NCBI RefSeq assembly: GCF_006345805.1
Contig: NC_043011.1
Span: 64,244,464 to 64,308,463, forward strand
DNA from: Octopus sinensis
Taxonomy: Eukaryota
DNA length: 64,000 nucleotides
Direction: 5' to 3'
Shown: in pieces, positions 12,345 to 25,705 of the stretch
Numbering within the stretch: the stretch's first letter is position 1
Layout: every line of letters begins with the position of its first letter
Notes under the pieces: model-generated
Database searches by the model: none
What the model was told of the DNA's origin: nothing
The model's input: the letters and a program-made list of their open reading frames with translations, nothing else
Program-made: the position numbers and the translations under genes

Positions 12345-12490
12345 GTAACTTAGCGTTTCGGCAAAAGAGAGCGACAGAATAAGTACTAGGCTTACAAAGA
12401 ATAAGTCCTGGGGTCGATTTGCTCAACTAAAGGCGCTGCTCTAGCATGGCCACAGTCAAATGACTGAAAGAGTAAAAGAGTAAGAATAGA
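12345..12490 (+). mobile_element. SINE 3' half (family also at 63760-63965)
   Basis: ggggtcgatttgctcaactaaaggcgctgctctagcatggccacagtcaaatgactgaaa + A-rich tail; reverse copy near window end. Confidence 0.7.
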
Positions 12491-12537
12491 TAAATACACG
12501 CAGACACTTATAGACACAAACACGCGCACGCACGTAT

Positions 12538-12604
<67 letters not shown>

Positions 12605-12967
12605 CACTCACTGGTAAATGCTAAAAGGTTTGCCAACATCGAGGTCGCAGCTAGTGGCATTATGGCCTGATATAATTTTCTACAAAATCGAGTACACCGA
12701 TACCATTTATGCAAAAATAGTTTGACAGGAATTAGAGACAAGGGCACCCACGTAGAGTCTACAATTAATTAAAAAGTACATTAAGATATTCAGTATCAGT
12801 TGATTATGTACGTAAATGACGCCAAGAGCTCACGTGTCTATGACCATCTCATCCACCAAGACACTAATGTAGATGCAATGAATAATTTTGTCATCTTCGT
12901 AGAACAACGGAAATCCATTAGCATATACATGAGTGTATATTAGCTTATAAACACACACACGCACATA

Positions 12968-13011
<44 letters not shown>

Positions 13012-13304
13012 GATACAGTGATAATGAAGAATACTGAGTCATATCGACTACATGCATGCAAAAGACGTCGAATGACAAGAAAAGTCGCTTCATGTTAAGC
13101 TGAAAGCGACGAAATGTATGTAAAAGTGATTTAGTAAAATATATTTTGAGGTTAATTCTAGGTCGTCCGATCTCTGGTTTAGTAATACAATTACTTTACC
13201 GTCATCAGAAGATAATATAGAATAGAATATAACCAAATGTACATAAATGTAAATATGTATGTATATATATATGTCTATCAATCTATCAATATATATATAT
13301 GTAT

Positions 13305-13391
<87 letters not shown>

Positions 13392-13415
13392 CATATATAA
13401 TACATATACATATAC

Positions 13416-13474
<59 letters not shown>

Positions 13475-13834
13475 TACATAATTAAGGATAAAATCAATTA
13501 ATGTACTTATCAGTGGCGAGCATGTAACAAATGTCATACAGGTAAAACTTAATATAAATATATAATTATATATATATATATGCGCACACACACACACGCA
13601 CACATACACACACACACAAACATATATATATATATATGTATATATATACATATATACGCGTATGTTAATATGTGTCCGTTTGCAAACACACACAAACTCG
13701 TGGGCGCACGCACACATAGATATTATATTAGAGGAAGCTGCTTCTGGGATAACCCAAGCGGTAGGTTAGTATGACCACGGATTGGGTATTCGGCCATCAG
13801 TGACTAGTTATGAATATTTTAGATAAATAATATT

Positions 13835-13899
<65 letters not shown>

Positions 13900-13921
13900 T
13901 ATACGTGTATAAATGTTAAAT

Positions 13922-14612
13922 GGTAAAGATACCCTTCGGTTATCAATATCCATTTGATTGCACCTAGGAAGTTCACATCCAAAGCATAAATCGGGAGAGA
14001 TGTGGTCTATAGACGACGGCGAACTGGCAGGAACGCTAGCCTTCCGGGCGAAATGCTTAGCGGTATTCGTCTGCCGCTACGTTCTGTGTTCAAATTCCGC
14101 CAACGTCGACTTTACCTTTCATCATTTCGGGGTCGATTAGATATGTACCAGTTACGCACTGTGGTCGATATAATCGGCTTAACACGTTTGTCCCGTCTGT
14201 GTTTAGCTCCTTGCGGGTAGTAAAGAAATAGGTCTTTCGTCTGCCGATACATTCTGAGTTTAAATTCCGCACTGGGGTCGATGTAATCGACTTAATCCCT
14301 TTGTCTGTCCTTGTTTGTCACCTCTACGTTTAGCCCCTTGTGGGTAATACAGAATTAAGAATGCCATCTGTCACCCATGCATACCAGTCTCCCCTCTCAT
14401 GCCACCGACGTGAAGTAGGAGAGGCTGAGATCGATACACTTTCCTGCCACTTACGTCGCAACTCATTTCTATCGATGAGTTAAAGGGAGCATTATGAAAG
14501 AAGTATCTTTATTCATAGCACTACGCACAGCTCAGTTCTGGAATGGAACCCACTACCTCGTGACAGCAGAACCGACGCTGTAACCACTGAGCCATGCTCC
14601 TTCACACACCGG
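13922..14612 (-). mobile_element. tRNA-derived SINE split by a nested SINE
   Basis: 13922-14014 and 14358-14612 align in order with the intact copy at 58985-59318. Confidence 0.7.
14015..14357 (+). mobile_element. tRNA-derived SINE (8142 family), nested
   Basis: Head gacggcgaactggcaggaacgctagc...gtgttcaaattccgcc. Confidence 0.85.
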
Positions 14613-14775
14613 CATACATGCATTACACACACACACATATACATACACAAACATATTCATTGCCCAGTTATAAGTGAATGGCATGGTGGAATGTGAACCA
14701 AAGTATTTTGCCCTAACACACAATTTTACGCTGATCTGTGAATCGATAGTATAACCTTTCACTTAGCCACGTTCA

Positions 14776-14819
<44 letters not shown>

Positions 14820-15337
14820 ACACACACATGGCAGATTTCATACGTTCAATATATAACTCGTGAGTTGTTTTGCTTTCAGTACTATGAAACACTCAGGCCC
14901 GATCGCTTAAAAACGGTGAGTAATACACATTTGAAATATCGTTTTATCTACCAATATAACATAACCCATATTGTATTTGTGGTGTCGTTTCAATTACGAA
15001 CATTACGTCATACTTACTGAGTTATTTTAGTAGAATTCTACTTAAAACACTACTCTTGCATTTCCAATAATTTCTGGCATTAACACGGCATCGAATTGCT
15101 CTATCGATAAGACTGTAGCTGTACTAAGTGAAATACAAGTCATAAGGACGCAGTGTTCGCTCAGTTTTGTCATCTCTCCCCATTTTTCCTTTAAACTAAT
15201 GAATCAGCGCATTACTTTCAGTCTAATGCCCGTATGGCACTGTAAGCATGGAGTATGAATAATGTATATAAACAGAAAAGTTTGTAAGTTAGGTAAAATG
15301 CCAATTTTTTTTATTAGGGATTACTGGACACCTCGAT

Positions 15338-15728
15338 ATTCTTTTCTACTCTAGTCACAAGGCCCGAAATTTTGGGGAGAGCGGGCCAGTCGATTAAATT
15401 AACCCATGTATGCAATTGATATTAATTTATTGTCCCCGAAAGGATGAAAGGTAAAGTCGACCTCGGTGGAATTTGAACGTAAAGACAGATGAATTACCTA
15501 TATCTTTACTACCAACAGGGCTAAACACACAAGGCATAGACAAGGACAGACATAGGTATTAAGTCGATTACATCGACCCCAGTGCGTAACTGGTACTTAA
15601 TTTATCGAGCCCCAAAGGATGAAAAGCAAAGTCGATCATGGCGGAATTTGAAGTCAGAACGTAACGGCAGACGAAATACCGCTAAGTATTTCACCTGGCA
15701 TGCTCACCTTTCTGCCAACTCACCGCTT
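15338..15728 (-). mobile_element. tRNA-derived SINE (8142 family)
   Basis: Homology to the 8142-8541 copy. Confidence 0.85.
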
Positions 15729-16217
15729 TCGATAAATCGATATTGGACTGGAACTTCATTTTCTCGACCGGGAGAGATGCAAAGAGCAATCAGCCGCAGC
15801 GAGATTTGTAATCACAAATTAAAGAGATCGATACCTTGCATAACAGAATCATAAAAGAATCGTATTAGGTAATAATGCCGATGTACTTTCGGAATACGAG
15901 GTCAAATCCATGACAAATTTATCAGGCAATGGATATTAGTATTAAGATATTCTATCAGTAACAGCTAAACAGATGCTTTGACGAAATGGGTTTCAAATAT
16001 TTGGCAGAAACACAGTGTTCAATTGGTGATTTTTATTTTCATCCCTAAATGATTGCAAGCAGAGTTGACCTTGGCGTAATTTGAACTCAGAACGTAAAGT
16101 CGGACGGAATGCCAGATAGTCTTTTCCCCGGCGTCCTAACAATTCTGCAAGCTCACCGTTTTACGAGCAAGTATATCATTAACACGTGTATACATACATA
16201 CATACATACCCCCCCAC

Positions 16218-16248
<31 letters not shown>

Positions 16249-16265
16249 CGTTATCTATCTCTCTC

Positions 16266-16335
<70 letters not shown>

Positions 16336-16355
16336 GAGAGAGAGAGAGAGAGAGA

Positions 16356-16551
16356 GATAATGTGACCGCGTGTGTAACGTTGGCGATTTTTTTCCTCCGT
16401 CTCCCCTTCTTTGGATCTTTCCTTTTCCTATGTTTCTGGAAACGTTAAACGCTTTTTCTTTCCTTCTTTCCTGAGCGTCCAATAACACTATACTTGTTCC
16501 ACGTCCTGGCGTTGTTGTATTTTCTCTTTGTGTTTTCATGTTGGGATTAAC
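16356..16551 (+). mobile_element. Short pseudo-LTR fragment with deleted hammerhead core
   Basis: Homologous to 8591-8749 but tgtttctg joins directly to gaaacgttaaac (16 nt of core and stem II missing). Confidence 0.7.
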
Positions 16552-16557
16552 TATATA

Positions 16558-16617
<60 letters not shown>

Positions 16618-16761
16618 TTCATAAACATACAATGACGCACAGATACATGTGCGCGGACACACACATGCATATTGCATATGTGTCTTTCTGGTGCATGTGT
16701 TTGCGCGCACTCGTGTCTGTGTGTGTGGTATACTTACAGTATTTCAATTCATGTCTTCCAG

Positions 16762-16800
16762 AAATCTGCAGCGGCTAAAATTTCAACCGCCCCACAAAAG
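16762..16800 (+). CDS. Gene A exon 4: KSAAAKISTAPQK (putative omega-site linker)
   Basis: tcttccag acceptor, AAG|gtaagc donor, phase 0-0; positionally equivalent to the 33-nt exon 4 of B and C, but not similar to it in sequence. Confidence 0.7.
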
Positions 16801-17967
16801 GTAAGCAAGACACTTACGGAATATCATTAAATATCACAGATATTCCAGACAAAAACCTTCAATAAGGCTCCACCATCGCTTAATTAACCAGTAATTCATT
16901 ATCAATCATATTTTAGTGTTCTTTCGTGTAATTTGCAGCTAAAAGCCCATCTCATAATCTGCATGTCTCATAGATAAGTGTAAATATGTAGTATTATATG
17001 ACGAAAAAAATTATACTTAAGCATTATTTATTCATCATTGATTGTCATCTCTCTTTTATACTAATACATCAAGCTGTTACTTTCATTTATTTAACCACTG
17101 TAGCGATGGTACAATTTAATATGAATAATTTATAAATAAATACGTATTACATATCTACTTATAATGCAACGTCATGAATGCAATAATAGTTAATAATACT
17201 ACATTATTTTAATATATAATAGGCCAATAAAATTAATTCTACTACTAGTAGTATAATATAGACTGTGTAGTAACAGTCAATGCCTTGCTACATTCCATCT
17301 GTAGCTAACGAAATACACGTTTTGAAAGCTCTAATCATATAATCCACAGCAATGTTTAATTTGTCCCTCGCTTCAAAATGGCAATTTTCGAGGAAATAAT
17401 AAAACAAGTGACCAATTCCTCATTTGTTTCGCTGTACATATTGAGAGAAACCCTCTAAAATTACCCAAAAGTTCACCAGAAAATATTACACAATTATGAG
17501 CGCCATTGAAAGGTTCGATGGTTGGGACAGCGTAAGCCTTCTATATGGAGAAGGTTTTCACATGATCCGTACGCATTTATTTTGACAGTTTGCATTCGTG
17601 TTCTTAAACGACCTTTGCGTAAAAAAAGAAAAGAAATGAATGCCTAGTAGTTAGAGAATCTTTCGTTGCAGAAGCGTGCGATGAAATTTTGTGAAAACGA
17701 TAAATTTTCACTATTTAATAATATATATTACCTGCTATAGTATTTATTACCTACTTTATCCATTTTATAAAGTGATATCCTGATCAGTGCATCACTTTTG
17801 AGGAATATTTGACACTAGCTAGTCCGCAAGTGCTTGTTTACAGTAAACTCCAATCCGGAAAACGTTCGAGTTTGGAACTCTTGATATATACTAAGATTAT
17901 TGTTTAATTTATATTAAGCTCTCACATCTCCAGATATTTCAATAATGGCTCTTTTATATTTTTACAG

Positions 17968-18027
17968 GTCACAATGGAATGCTTCCTGGTTATAGCAGTA
18001 ACCATTAAATTGTTGATACATATGTGA
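17968..18027 (+). CDS. Gene A exon 5: VTMECFLVIAVTIKLLIHM* (hydrophobic tail)
   Basis: tttttacag acceptor; 19 codons + TGA, same length and V..E..L..A....L.I pattern as C exon 5; AATAAA at 18027-18032. Confidence 0.85.
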   Translation, partial: VTMECFLVIAVTIKLLIHM

Positions 18028-18651
18028 ATAAAGTTTACATTTCTGGGTTTTAGCTATTTTGATTTAGTAGTTGTTTTGATTTGCGTATGAAGAAAAATTT
18101 CAATATTGGTGAAGTGAGGGAGGCATGCAGCTGGAAGAATCTTTATCATTAGCCTTATGTGACAGACCACTCTCTATAACGGAACCCTGCGAAACCATCT
18201 GAAAGAACTTACGTTCAAAATTTACTGCAAGATTTCAGTAATGCTACCAGACGTTACAGATACTGACGTTAATATCACTTGGCGACAGATCCTCATTTGT
18301 GATTTTACTTTCGAAGCATGAAAATTGGTCAAAGTTTTTCAATGATTTTACAGATTTGTCTGACGTGGACATAATGTTGTTGCTTTGATTGTTCACTGTA
18401 TATTGTATATCATCCGCTTTGATGTACACAGGCCAACACTTATCTAAGCCAGTGTAAGGGTTTTTTTTAGAGATGGTAAATCTAAGGTTAAAACATTAGA
18501 AAGGCCAGGAAGTCCCATAAAATCATTGATCAGTAGGATAGGGTATTATATATAATACAATTTTACTGAACCTTCAGTTTTTTTATGCTAGACCAATGGT
18601 GTGAACTCGTTGTTAATTAAATTAATATCTAATTCCTCACCTTTATTTCAA

Positions 18652-18713
<62 letters not shown>

Positions 18714-19713
18714 AGATAGGGGTTGAAAATCCAACCCACCATGGGATAACATATATCCAATATACTGCTAGATAGGTACCCAACAAGCCTAATATATTTT
18801 GTATAATGCCTTTACTGATATGTAATGGTGTAATAAAGTATTGAGTGGGTATCATCTGATAGTTGATGTTTTATTGATTTAAGTATGTTTCTCCATTTTC
18901 TAATTTTGTATATATATATATACATATTCGAAAAGGGCCCCATATAAAAAAAATAACTCTGGACTATGTAAGATGAAACCAGAAGTTAACTCTATGTTAA
19001 GTAAGATAATCTAAAGCATTCAGTGTACTGCAGAAACAGGATATCAACAAACATGGAGAGCAGCACAAAACATAGAGGATTCGAATAATAAACACAGGCA
19101 GGATATCAAATTGTAGAACAGCTCGCCATTGCTCTACCAACATTCTCGGTTAATATCATCAATGTCAAGGTATTTTTAACACTTAGAAACATTACAAAAT
19201 CCACATACATAGTATGAGATGGACTAAGCGTCAACAGAAAGTATCAATGGAACAATAACACACCCGCAAAACCACCACACCATCCTGCAAAACATGACGA
19301 TTAGAGAGAGTATGAAGTGAGACAAATCAAAAATACAAAAAATATAATGGACACACGATACACAGATACTCAAGAGGAAATGGGAAAATAGAAAAATAGA
19401 TAAATAAATAAAACAGCATATAGATGGCACAAAACAAAGGGTATAGTAAGCTAACCCATACACAGACAGACATACACACACTCACAAAACACACATATCA
19501 TACACATAGACCCGTTCACACACGCACAGTTGGAAATGCATGGGCAGATAAGCATACACACTGCAGAATGGACAAAACTCGACAGGAGAAAATACGATCT
19601 ATGAAGATTTGGTGAAGGGGATGTCTGATAAAAATGTCCGACAAATGAAACTGACCAAATAACAAACTTGAAATGACGAACCTTTATTGAATTCTTGTGA
19701 TCATTTATATATC

Positions 19714-20775
19714 TATCAGGTTATCCCAAAAGTTGTGTCCGAATTTTGAATAAAGAAAACAAGTGATCAAATGTTATATATAACTGAAATTTAATCATCA
19801 ATATACTTTCCCTGTTTATCTATGATTTGCTTCCATCTTTCTACAAGCTTTTTAATCCCATTAATGTAAAACTCTTTTGGTTTCAAAGCGAAGAACTCTG
19901 AAATGTCAGTTTCGACCTCCTCCTGGCTTGCGAAATTTATGTCCCCCAAATGATTCTGTAAACTACAAAACAAATGGTAGTCTGAAGGAGCAAGGTCGGG
20001 GAAATAAGGTAAATGAGGATTTTTTTTTCCCAACCAAACACTTCGATCTTCTATAATGTGATATTTGCAGTGTGGGATTGCGCATTTTTCTGATGAAACA
20101 TCACTCCTTTTCGATTATCTAAAGCGAGTGTTTTTTTTACGCGTTGTTCAAAAGCTCTAATTGCTGATAGTAAACTTGAGGATTTAAAGTTGCATTAGGT
20201 GGTAACAATTCAAAGTTAATTATTCCTTTGCAATCCAACTAGATAGAGAGAAGAAACTTTTTGTCATGAAGTTCCTTTCTCGCTTGCGGTTGAGCTTTTT
20301 CCCTTTTACCAAGCCACTGTTTACGACGTTTTTCATTTCGATAGAATATCCATTTTTCGTCACCAGTCACAAGTCTATCCCAAAAAGGTGAAATGGAGAG
20401 AAGAGCAGATGTCAAGTTGAAATTTGCACTTGCTTTCGGACAATTCATGAGGCATCCATTTTCCAAGTTTAGGAAACTTTCCAAGTTTTTGAAGATGACG
20501 ATGAACAGTTGTATGGTTTGAACTAATCGCTTATGCCAATTCTTTAACTTATAATACAAGATTTTCTTCAAGCAATGCCTCAAGGAGCTTATCATCAAAC
20601 TCAACTGGACGTCCTTGTCGATCTTCATCTCCAAAGCTGAAATTTCCACTTCTGAATTTTGAAAACTATCTTCTGCAAGTTCTTTCATTCAAGCATTCTT
20701 TCCCATAAAATAAGTTTATGTTTCGAGTGGCTTCGGCCGCAGAGTCTAGTTTTTTTGTACTCATAAGGTATAAAT
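19714..20775 (-). mobile_element. Degenerate mariner transposon (5' end missing)
   Basis: Frameshifted transposase with LVTGDEKW and HLPYFPDLAPSDYHLF motifs; right TIR tcaggttatcccaaaagttgtgtccgaattt with TA at 19714. Confidence 0.92.
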
Positions 20776-20864
20776 GTATCATTTAATAAAAAAAACAAAG
20801 AATTACATGGAACATTTGGTTCATTGAACATTGGGTTACATTTCATTCTTTGTTCTTGCTGAGA

Positions 20865-21660
20865 CCAACCATGGAAATTCTCGCTTGAAAGCCGACTTAA
20901 AAGAGTGTTGGGCCTTCAACTCCTTTACTTTACCTGAACGACATCATTGACTTCGTCAAACACAGGAAGATAAAGATTCTTTTCGATGACTCCATATATG
21001 TGTTGGACATCGAAGACCGAATATAGTTGCAGTTGGATCTTCACACTACCATCCAATGGGCGTGCAAATACAATATGATTTTAAATGGAGATAAATCTGA
21101 AATAATCCACATTGCTGGAGAGACATTTTCCTTCAGCGAGGTTCTTGTATCACGAAATACCACTGAGGATTCTCAGGACATTCTGGTCGAGATATGTTTC
21201 AAACATTATCTTTCACGTCTCTACTTTGATAATATTGTCTTCTATAATATTTGATAATATTTGATAATATTGTCTTCTATGCTATCAGCACAAAGAATAA
21301 AATTATTTTCAAAATTGAAGCACCACTGAGATCAATCACTCAAAATCAAAATGTACAAGTCTTCATTACTGGGATCAGTTCGAGAAAATGAATCTCTATT
21401 CTCCAATTCTATTGTGTGCCCTATATCATTTGTATGATGTGAAATGTTTCTATCAATAATACTCATATGATATTGGCCTAACCGTTCAAATTCACGCAGA
21501 ACCTGGTCCCAGTACCATCCGCCGTCTACAGAATTTGTATCACATCACAACACTAAGACAGAAGCATTCCACCTTAACTAGATCTTCGTTCTTTAACATT
21601 CTGTTGAGACACATACAGGAAAGAACAGAACTCATAATATCCGGAAGTTTCCGGATTCTA
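20865..21660 (+). mobile_element. Degenerate CR1/L2-group LINE RT fragment upstream of gene B
   Basis: Remnants such as LNDIIDFVKHRKIKILFDD and LQLDLHTTIQWACKYNMILNGDKSEIIH resemble the LINE at 30011-33977; its 3' part is homologous to 45033-45300. Confidence 0.7.
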
Positions 21661-22064
21661 ATTTTAACCATGAACGCATAAATCCTTGCGAAAGTTGTTA
21701 ATACGTAGTGAATAGGCAAATAATAGCTCTTTACCTGTATGATCTATTGTAATCAAAAATTATGATTATAGCAAAAAACATATATTTTCTTTGCTATCTG
21801 GCGCTATTATGTTAGTAATTGTCCGGGATGATGAAGGCTATAAAATATACAAAGTTTAGGTTTCTGATAATATGGTAATATATGAACAGCATGTTATTTT
21901 GCAAATCATCGAAAACATAAATCAAATCATAATATGTCACATCTGAAAATTAATGTTCAGTCGCGATGTCAAACATATGTCACAATTTTGCTTCTTAAAT
22001 AAGACAAGGCTACGTATTGAATATTATCACATATGCAAACTTTTACACATACCGATTATTAACG

Positions 22065-22104
22065 ATGAAAATTATTGCTATCTTCGTTCTAGTGCTAACG
22101 TTTG
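22065..22104 (+). CDS. Gene B exon 1: signal peptide MKIIAIFVLVLTF(G)
   Basis: ATG at 22065, G|gtaagt donor, phase 1; upstream flank homologous to gene C upstream. Confidence 0.9.
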
Positions 22105-22309
22105 GTAAGTTTCTCTTCATTCATATATGTAATTCCTAACAGGCTCCACAATTTTTAATCTATCACACAGCTGAACACCCCCCACACACACATCCGTATA
22201 CCACACACACATGTATGTATATGAATATATATATAACGGGATACATATGTACATATTTATGTATATATATATACACACATATATATATACATATACATTT
22301 ATGTGTATG

Positions 22310-22379
<70 letters not shown>

Positions 22380-22423
22380 CACATACGCATATGTGTGTAA
22401 GTATGTATATATACATATATATG

Positions 22424-22469
<46 letters not shown>

Positions 22470-22521
22470 TACACACACACACACACTAATACACAGAGAG
22501 ATATATATGTACATATGTGTT

Positions 22522-24432
22522 TATGTGGGGATGAGGCTAACCGGAAGGAAAGAGCCGAGGGGGCACCACCAGAATGGGTGGAGAGAACGATAGCATGACA
22601 TAAGCAAGAATATTTTGGCCCTTTTAGCCACGAGGCGGTGGTGCTTAACAGACGCGTGATGACGCAAGAGCGAGCAAGAGCTTAGTACTAGCAACTAGTG
22701 AGAGGCGAGACAAGTAGGGCACAGATTGTAATTAACACAGCTGGACGGCTGACCCTGTGAGGTAGGTGAAGCATATGTTTCCCTCATGTTATTGTTCTGT
22801 CATGCTACGTGTTATTTCGGCACTCGTTTAGACATATATTTTCCTGTTCTTAATGACCCTTTGTACTAAATGACACCGAGAGTAAGGATTGGCCGCGCTG
22901 GTATAAGACATTTCTGTGGGAATGTGATCGCTTGACAATGTGGTTGCCAGGACATGAAATCGCCTGGAGCCGTAAAATGAAGGTAGTGGCTAGGCTGCAA
23001 AGCATTGAAGATGTAGCAGGTCTCAGAGCTCTGTAACTAGAGGAAAACGCGTTGGCGCTGTACCTGGAGATGGATGAAACAGTCCAACTGGACGCGGCGA
23101 AGATGGTTGCAGTGGCTGAAGGATGACTTTACGGAACGATCGTTCGACGAGATGGGCACAGTCAGGTTGAGAAAGGAAAAGGTATATACGTACGCAACGG
23201 AAGCTCGGTGACTGGCCATGTTATCTGGTTTTACAGGAGAGGGACTAGAAAAGGCTGCAAGATTGTGTGACAATCCAATTGTATGGTATCATGCAGTTAC
23301 ATCGAGACAGGAAGCTGTGGAGACAAATTGTGAGAGAGATCGGTGGCAACGATGCAGAATATCCTAGAAGGGATAAACGCGGCAAACCCAGGAATAGGAA
23401 GCTCCTAATTGCCCAAGTTGGAGAACTGGGCAATCTGTTGCGATGCTAGCAGCATAATGATAGGGGTTGTCCTGGAAATCAGAGGTGTCGAAGTGGACGA
23501 CGCAGCCTTACTCCGGACAGCAGATGACACAACACATGACGTGGCTTAGTTGCACGCTGTGTTGAGGCTCTAAGTTGGGTGCTGTACTCAATGAAAATGC
23601 AAACCGATCCAGTAGCCTCCGGGGGTGGTTAGAATCAGTGATTCCCTATGAAAATATGTTTCGAACTAACGGGGCTGCAGAGATGTTAACAACTTCATCC
23701 TAGGGGTTGTGGTAGATGTAGCTTCCGAGTTTCGTTTGAAACTGAATGTGATCTTTATAACCTTAGAGAGGTTGTTAGACATGCTAATCAAGTTGAAAAT
23801 GCCAGGTTGGCGATGCCGGATGTTCCGGAACTTGGGATTGCACGTTGACTTGGAGCTAAGAAGATTGCAAACTATGCAACACATGGGCGTAGACAGAAGG
23901 TGCCTCGCATCTTGCCAGGTGGGTAGAGCTGTGATAGGTCTCAAGCCATCGAACCTTCTTAGGCTGTGCACGAGCTGGGACGTATATCAATAGAGCACAA
24001 CTGGAGGCGTATAATAGTTGATGTGACACACTACCGGCCGAAGATAAATCACTCAATGGTCGACTGCGAGGACGGAGTAGGATGGCGATGTGGAGGGAAA
24101 TGGAGACTGGTACAGCAGATAGGTTTGCACGTAGCCTTGTGGAGGAATTTCTGATAGACAACGGCACCGCATTTCGTTCGGATATGTTGCTGGGTAAAAT
24201 TGATAAGTGGAACATTCACCGCTCCTTCAGAGCAGCATACAGGCTTAGTGAAAATAGGAACGTGGAAGCACATCATCGCAGAATCAAGGTCGCGGAGATG
24301 AGAGGACACTTTTCATCAATAGAAGCGGATTTGGTACTATATATCAATTCAATCAGGACGGGCTGAGCAGTCCATAACACACATAGTAATATTCAGCTAT
24401 GAACGGCGACATCCGTGTACATCAAAACACGC

Positions 24433-24490
<58 letters not shown>

Positions 24491-25016
24491 TGCCTTAATG
24501 TAAATAGGAGAGGAAATCCGGATCAAGCTCTCAAAATTAAGCACTGCAACTTAGTGGAACAAAGAGAGAGTGACGGCAGTTAATTGCCGAAAAAATAACT
24601 CTCTGTATGGACAGCCGCGTTATGTCTTCTCTGCTCTCAAAATTATTGAGGAAACGAAGCGAGCGGATATCAAAGTGAGACATCTGCTCGGATTGATGGA
24701 GATTTGAAAATAGTGAGAAGAGGAACTTTGAGATCAGAGAGGCGTACTCGGATGAGATGAAGTGTATGCCGGTGACATCAATAGCCGAATTGCCCCATCA
24801 GAGGAGGAAGAGGGAGCGACGAAACATGGGAATCAAGACCAGAGTGGTGCTCTTTGGCATCGAAGTAGTGGAGGTGAACGGCGTGTAAGGACATGAGGGT
24901 GACACATGGCTTTAGCTGTAGCTACCATTGATAAGCGAGACATAGGTTACGTCCAGCATTTAATATATCTCGGCAGCCGACAGTGAGAGATAGGTGAATT
25001 CTATTTTCTTCCTCAT
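22522..25016 (+). mobile_element. Degenerate Gypsy-like LTR element (gag/integrase relics)
   Basis: Integrase remnants NWRRIIVDVTHY..SMVDC and EEFLIDNGTAFRS...FRAAYR; LTR-like repeat (cagctggacggctgac...aggtgaa vs ggcagccgac...aggtgaa) near both ends; homologous to 46030-48285. Confidence 0.8.
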
Positions 25017-25034
25017 ATTTCAGTCTCCTCACGC

Positions 25035-25082
<48 letters not shown>

Positions 25083-25097
25083 TATTTGATGTATTTT

Positions 25098-25141
<44 letters not shown>

Positions 25142-25495
25142 AGAGATATAGATATATATATCAATATTTCTCTCTCTCACTCTATTTTTCTATCTATGTC
25201 CATATATATGTCTGTCACTCTGTCATCTGGCTTATTTTTACCTTCATTGATGCAAATTGTTACATACTCATCTGGGGCGAAACTATGTGAGTGAATCTGT
25301 TGCTTGCTTCGAAAATCGAATACATGTGACCTTTTCTAATGCAACACACTGACGAGTGTTTGTTCTATTTTAAAAATCATGTTTCACAGATTTTCTCTCC
25401 AAAGAAGTCTTGTATCTTTTTATAGAAATCCGTTCATATTAGGTTACTTCTGCGCTGTTTATTGAGTTGCAGATGTGGTAAAATATAATAATCTT

Positions 25496-25705
25496 TTCTA
25501 CTGTATGCACAAAGTCCGAAATTTTGGGAAAAATGGCCAATGGATTAGATCGACCCAAATACGCAACTGGTACTTAATTTATCGTCCCCGAAAGGATGCG
25601 AGGCAAAGTCGACCACAGCTGAATATCAACTGGGAACGTAAAGGCAGACAAAATACTACTAATCATTTCACGCTGCGTGCTAACGTTTCTACAAGTCACC
25701 GCCTT
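25496..25705 (-). mobile_element. tRNA-derived SINE (8142 family), short copy
   Basis: Homology to the 8142-8541 copy. Confidence 0.75.

Noticed and set aside
13150-13215. Minus-strand CTGATGA with a hairpin, as a hammerhead
   Set aside because: GAAA is replaced by GAGA and stems I and III do not pair; at most a dead relic.
15222-15241. 20-nt micro-exon candidate (ttactttcag...gtaagc) in gene A intron 3
   Set aside because: Including it would shift the frame between phase-0 exons 3 and 4; no counterpart in B or C.
18925-19700. Strand-biased A/C-rich tract, similar in style to 52260-52790
   Set aside because: Probably a retroelement UTR, but there is no diagnostic motif to classify it.
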